Shown here one piece after another: positions 15,160 to 17,192 of a DNA stretch of 17,192 nucleotides. A program made the translations under genes and the position numbers. The DNA is from Nitrospinota bacterium (GTDB lineage: Bacteria; UBA8248). The DNA is taken from assembly GCA_046581755.1 (NCBI GenBank), contig JAYGFR010000312.1, positions 1 to 17,192 of the forward strand, read 5' to 3'. The notes under the pieces are model-generated. The model ran no database searches, was not told the DNA's origin, and saw only the letters and a program-made list of their open reading frames with translations. Numbering within the stretch: the stretch's first letter is position 1; each line of letters starts with the position of its first letter.

Positions 15160-17192
15160 TTCGTCCTCTCCCGGAGGTCATCCAGCTCCGCTCGGAGATC
15201 GCTGCCCGCCTTCCGGTCCGCCCGGCCCTTCCGGTCGGGCCCGCAAACCGAAGTGAATTCGCAGTAGCCGCACGTTCTCCCCGAAAAGGATTGAAACGGC
15301 GTCGGGAAAAATTGCCCCCGATCAACCGCCCTCGCGTAAAAGCCCAGGAGGGCGCTCACCTCCTCCCGCCGCGCTTCGATCGCCTCGGGGGGAATTTCCG
15401 CAAGGCGGTATTCCCCCCGCTCGGTGGGGAAGGCATAGGCGGCGCTCACCCGAGAGCCCTCCCCGAAGCGATCCGCCGCGCAGTGGAAATACAGGTCCGG
15501 TTGAAGGCGTGTCCCACTCCCGAGGCCCGGCACAGTTGTTTTGGGGAGGGCGGTCCGACCACTTTTGTAGTCGATGAAGCGGTGCTCCTCCCCGTTCCGC
15601 TCCACCAGATCGAAGCGCCCGATCAGGTGAATTTTTTTCCCGTTCTCCGTCAGGGCGAACCGGGGCGTTCTTTTTCCGCCGATCCATCCCTCGATCTCGA
15701 CTGGGGCCCAACCGGGCTCCTCTCGATAGGTTTTCTCGAAAAACAGGTTCAGGTCGCGTTCCGCCGCCCTTTGAAGAATCCCCCAAGGGACCGGGAGCGG
15801 GGGCCGGTCTTCGGTCTCGAAAATTTGACCGGCCTCGCGCACCGCCTCTCCGATCAGGCTCCGCCGCTCTCCCGGGGCCAGCGCGCCGAATCCTTTTCCC
15901 GTCTTTTTGACCCGCTCCGCGAACCGCTGGAGGGCGCTGTGATAGAACCTGCCCCGGGCGTCGCTTTCAGCCTCCAGCGCAAGGCCGGACTCCTTTTCTT
16001 CCCCCAGGCCGAGCAAATGCTTGAGCGCGAACTGGTATGGGCAGGTGAAAAAACGCTCGAGGGCGGTGACGGAGATGTGGGCGCTCTCCGGGTCCAGCCG
16101 CTCCCGGATGCGCTCGATCAGATCGGGCTCACCCAGCGCCCCGTCGAAGGGGGTAAGACGGTTCGCCCAGCGCTCCCTCCAGGCGGCGACCCGCCTCCCG
16201 AATCCAGGCTTTCGATCCGTGAAATCCGAGAGCGCCCCCTTGGCGGAGCGCTTGCCGATCTGGCCGAGGAGGCGGCCGAGATCGTGTTCGAGAAGAGAGA
16301 GGGGCCGGTCCTGGATTACATCGGGCTCCAGGGCGGTGGACACCACGCGGTGGCCCGGAAGCCGCCGCAACTTGGCTTCCGCGCCCTCCCCCTCCAGCCC
16401 GGAGGCGTCCGCGATATATTCGAGGAACAGGCTGGGCGGGCGCTCGGCCTCGTCCCCGGCCCCCTTGCCCCCTCTCGGGTAGCCCAGGATTACACGGCGT
16501 TCGGCCGCCTGAAGGGCGGTCCAGAACAAAAATTGCTCTTCGGCGGCGCGGCCCGATTTGAGCGGGAGGGGAGCCATCTCCCCTTCGGCGGACAGCATAT
16601 CGTTCAGGAGGGCGCGGACCGTATCGGGCAGGAAGGGGTCTTCGGCGCCCCGCGCGGGAAATACGCCCTCCGCCATGCCGGGAATCGCCACCGTCTCGAA
16701 CGAGAGGCCGCGCGCCTGCTGAAGGCTCAGCATGCGCAAACGCGCGGGCTCCCTGGCCGCGGGAACCCGCGCTTTTTCGAGGGCGGTCCGCGCCCAGCGA
16801 TGGAACTCTCCAGCACCGATTTCGCCCAAAATTTTGTCCAGCCCGCCGAGTTTCCGGATCACCCCGAAATCCATCTCCAAATTTTCGGAAACCGCTGTCA
16901 GCGCGTCGAACGCTTCGAGGGCGGCAGCGGAATGCGCTGAGGGAAGTGCCCGCTCGGGCAGGCCGTCCAGAAAGCCGAAAAGGCGCTCCAGCGATTGTTC
17001 GAGGAGATCGGCGGACCGGGAATCGTCTTCTTTTAATCGGCCCCTGAATTTGGGGGACCGGAGGGCTTCCCGCCATTCGTCCGCGCCGGAGAGAAACGGG
17101 AGCCGCCGGGTGATGTACTCCCACCTCGCGGGGAGGGCGGCATGGTCCCCGTCCGGGGCAATCCCCTCCACAAAAACCGGGGAGGCGCAAAA
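15156..17192 (-). CDS. addB: ATP-dependent helicase/nuclease subunit B (inactive helicase domain plus Fe-S PD-(D/E)XK nuclease); 5' part lies outside the window
   Basis: ARGLSFETVAIPGMAEGVFP...DPFLPD, SVTALERFFTCPYQF, GRFDLVE...IDYKSG, LQPDLY, CGYCEFTSVC (four-Cys Fe-S staple). The reading frame stays open to the window edge. Confidence 0.88.
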   Translation of the reverse strand, partial: FCASPVFVEGIAPDGDHAALPARWEYITRRLPFLSGADEWREALRSPKFRGRLKEDDSRSADLLEQSLERLFGFLDGLPERALPSAHSAAALEAFDALTAVSENLEMDFGVIRKLGGLDKILGEIGAGEFHRWARTALEKARVPAAREPARLRMLSLQQARGLSFETVAIPGMAEGVFPARGAEDPFLPDTVRALLNDMLSAEGEMAPLPLKSGRAAEEQFLFWTALQAAERRVILGYPRGGKGAGDEAERPPSLFLEYIADASGLEGEGAEAKLRRLPGHRVVSTALEPDVIQDRPLSLLEHDLGRLLGQIGKRSAKGALSDFTDRKPGFGRRVAAWRERWANRLTPFDGALGEPDLIERIRERLDPESAHISVTALERFFTCPYQFALKHLLGLGEEKESGLALEAESDARGRFYHSALQRFAERVKKTGKGFGALAPGERRSLIGEAVREAGQIFETEDRPPLPVPWGILQRAAERDLNLFFEKTYREEPGWAPVEIEGWIGGKRTPRFALTENGKKIHLIGRFDLVERNGEEHRFIDYKSGRTALPKTTVPGLGSGTRLQPDLYFHCAADRFGEGSRVSAAYAFPTERGEYRLAEIPPEAIEARREEVSALLGFYARAVDRGQFFPTPFQSFSGRTCGYCEFTSVCGPDRKGRADRKAGSDLRAELDDLRERTK

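Noticed and set aside
15291..16940. 549-aa plus-strand ORF and overlapping 353-aa minus-strand ORF
   Set aside because: Shadow or alternative frames of addB.
11812..17192. Helicase-nuclease pair as a novel defence system
   Set aside because: Motifs, Fe-S staple, gene order and ATGA coupling all fit housekeeping AddAB recombinational repair.

Overview
GC-rich bacterial chromosomal segment. I see no mobile element, RNA gene or CRISPR array. The left ~2.9 kb is visibly less GC-rich and holds a stand-alone TadG-like pseudopilin gene (+), an rpmG(L33)-rpmB(L28) pair (-) and a secreted mono-heme cytochrome c of the planctomycete cytochrome C type (+). The rest is a co-directional minus-strand run. 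In transcription order: addB (5'-truncated by the window), addA, an enolase-superfamily MLE-subgroup enzyme, a CydA-like membrane protein fused to a cytochrome c and a ~215-aa Lys/Pro/Ala repeat tail, a second CydA-like partner membrane protein, an amidohydrolase-2 protein, a CynX-like MFS transporter, a long Memo (AmmeMemoRadiSam B) protein with a PqqD/RRE-like N-terminus, and an ornithine cyclodeaminase/mu-crystallin protein. The best candidate for an undescribed system is the two-gene cytochrome bd-like module at 7536-10507. It keeps the family's architecture and its CxxCH, but appears to have lost the membrane heme ligands and proton-channel glutamates in both subunits, and it is tightly linked to an amidohydrolase lacking its HxH motif and a transporter. 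All family assignments come from motif recognition by eye and need HMM or structure confirmation.
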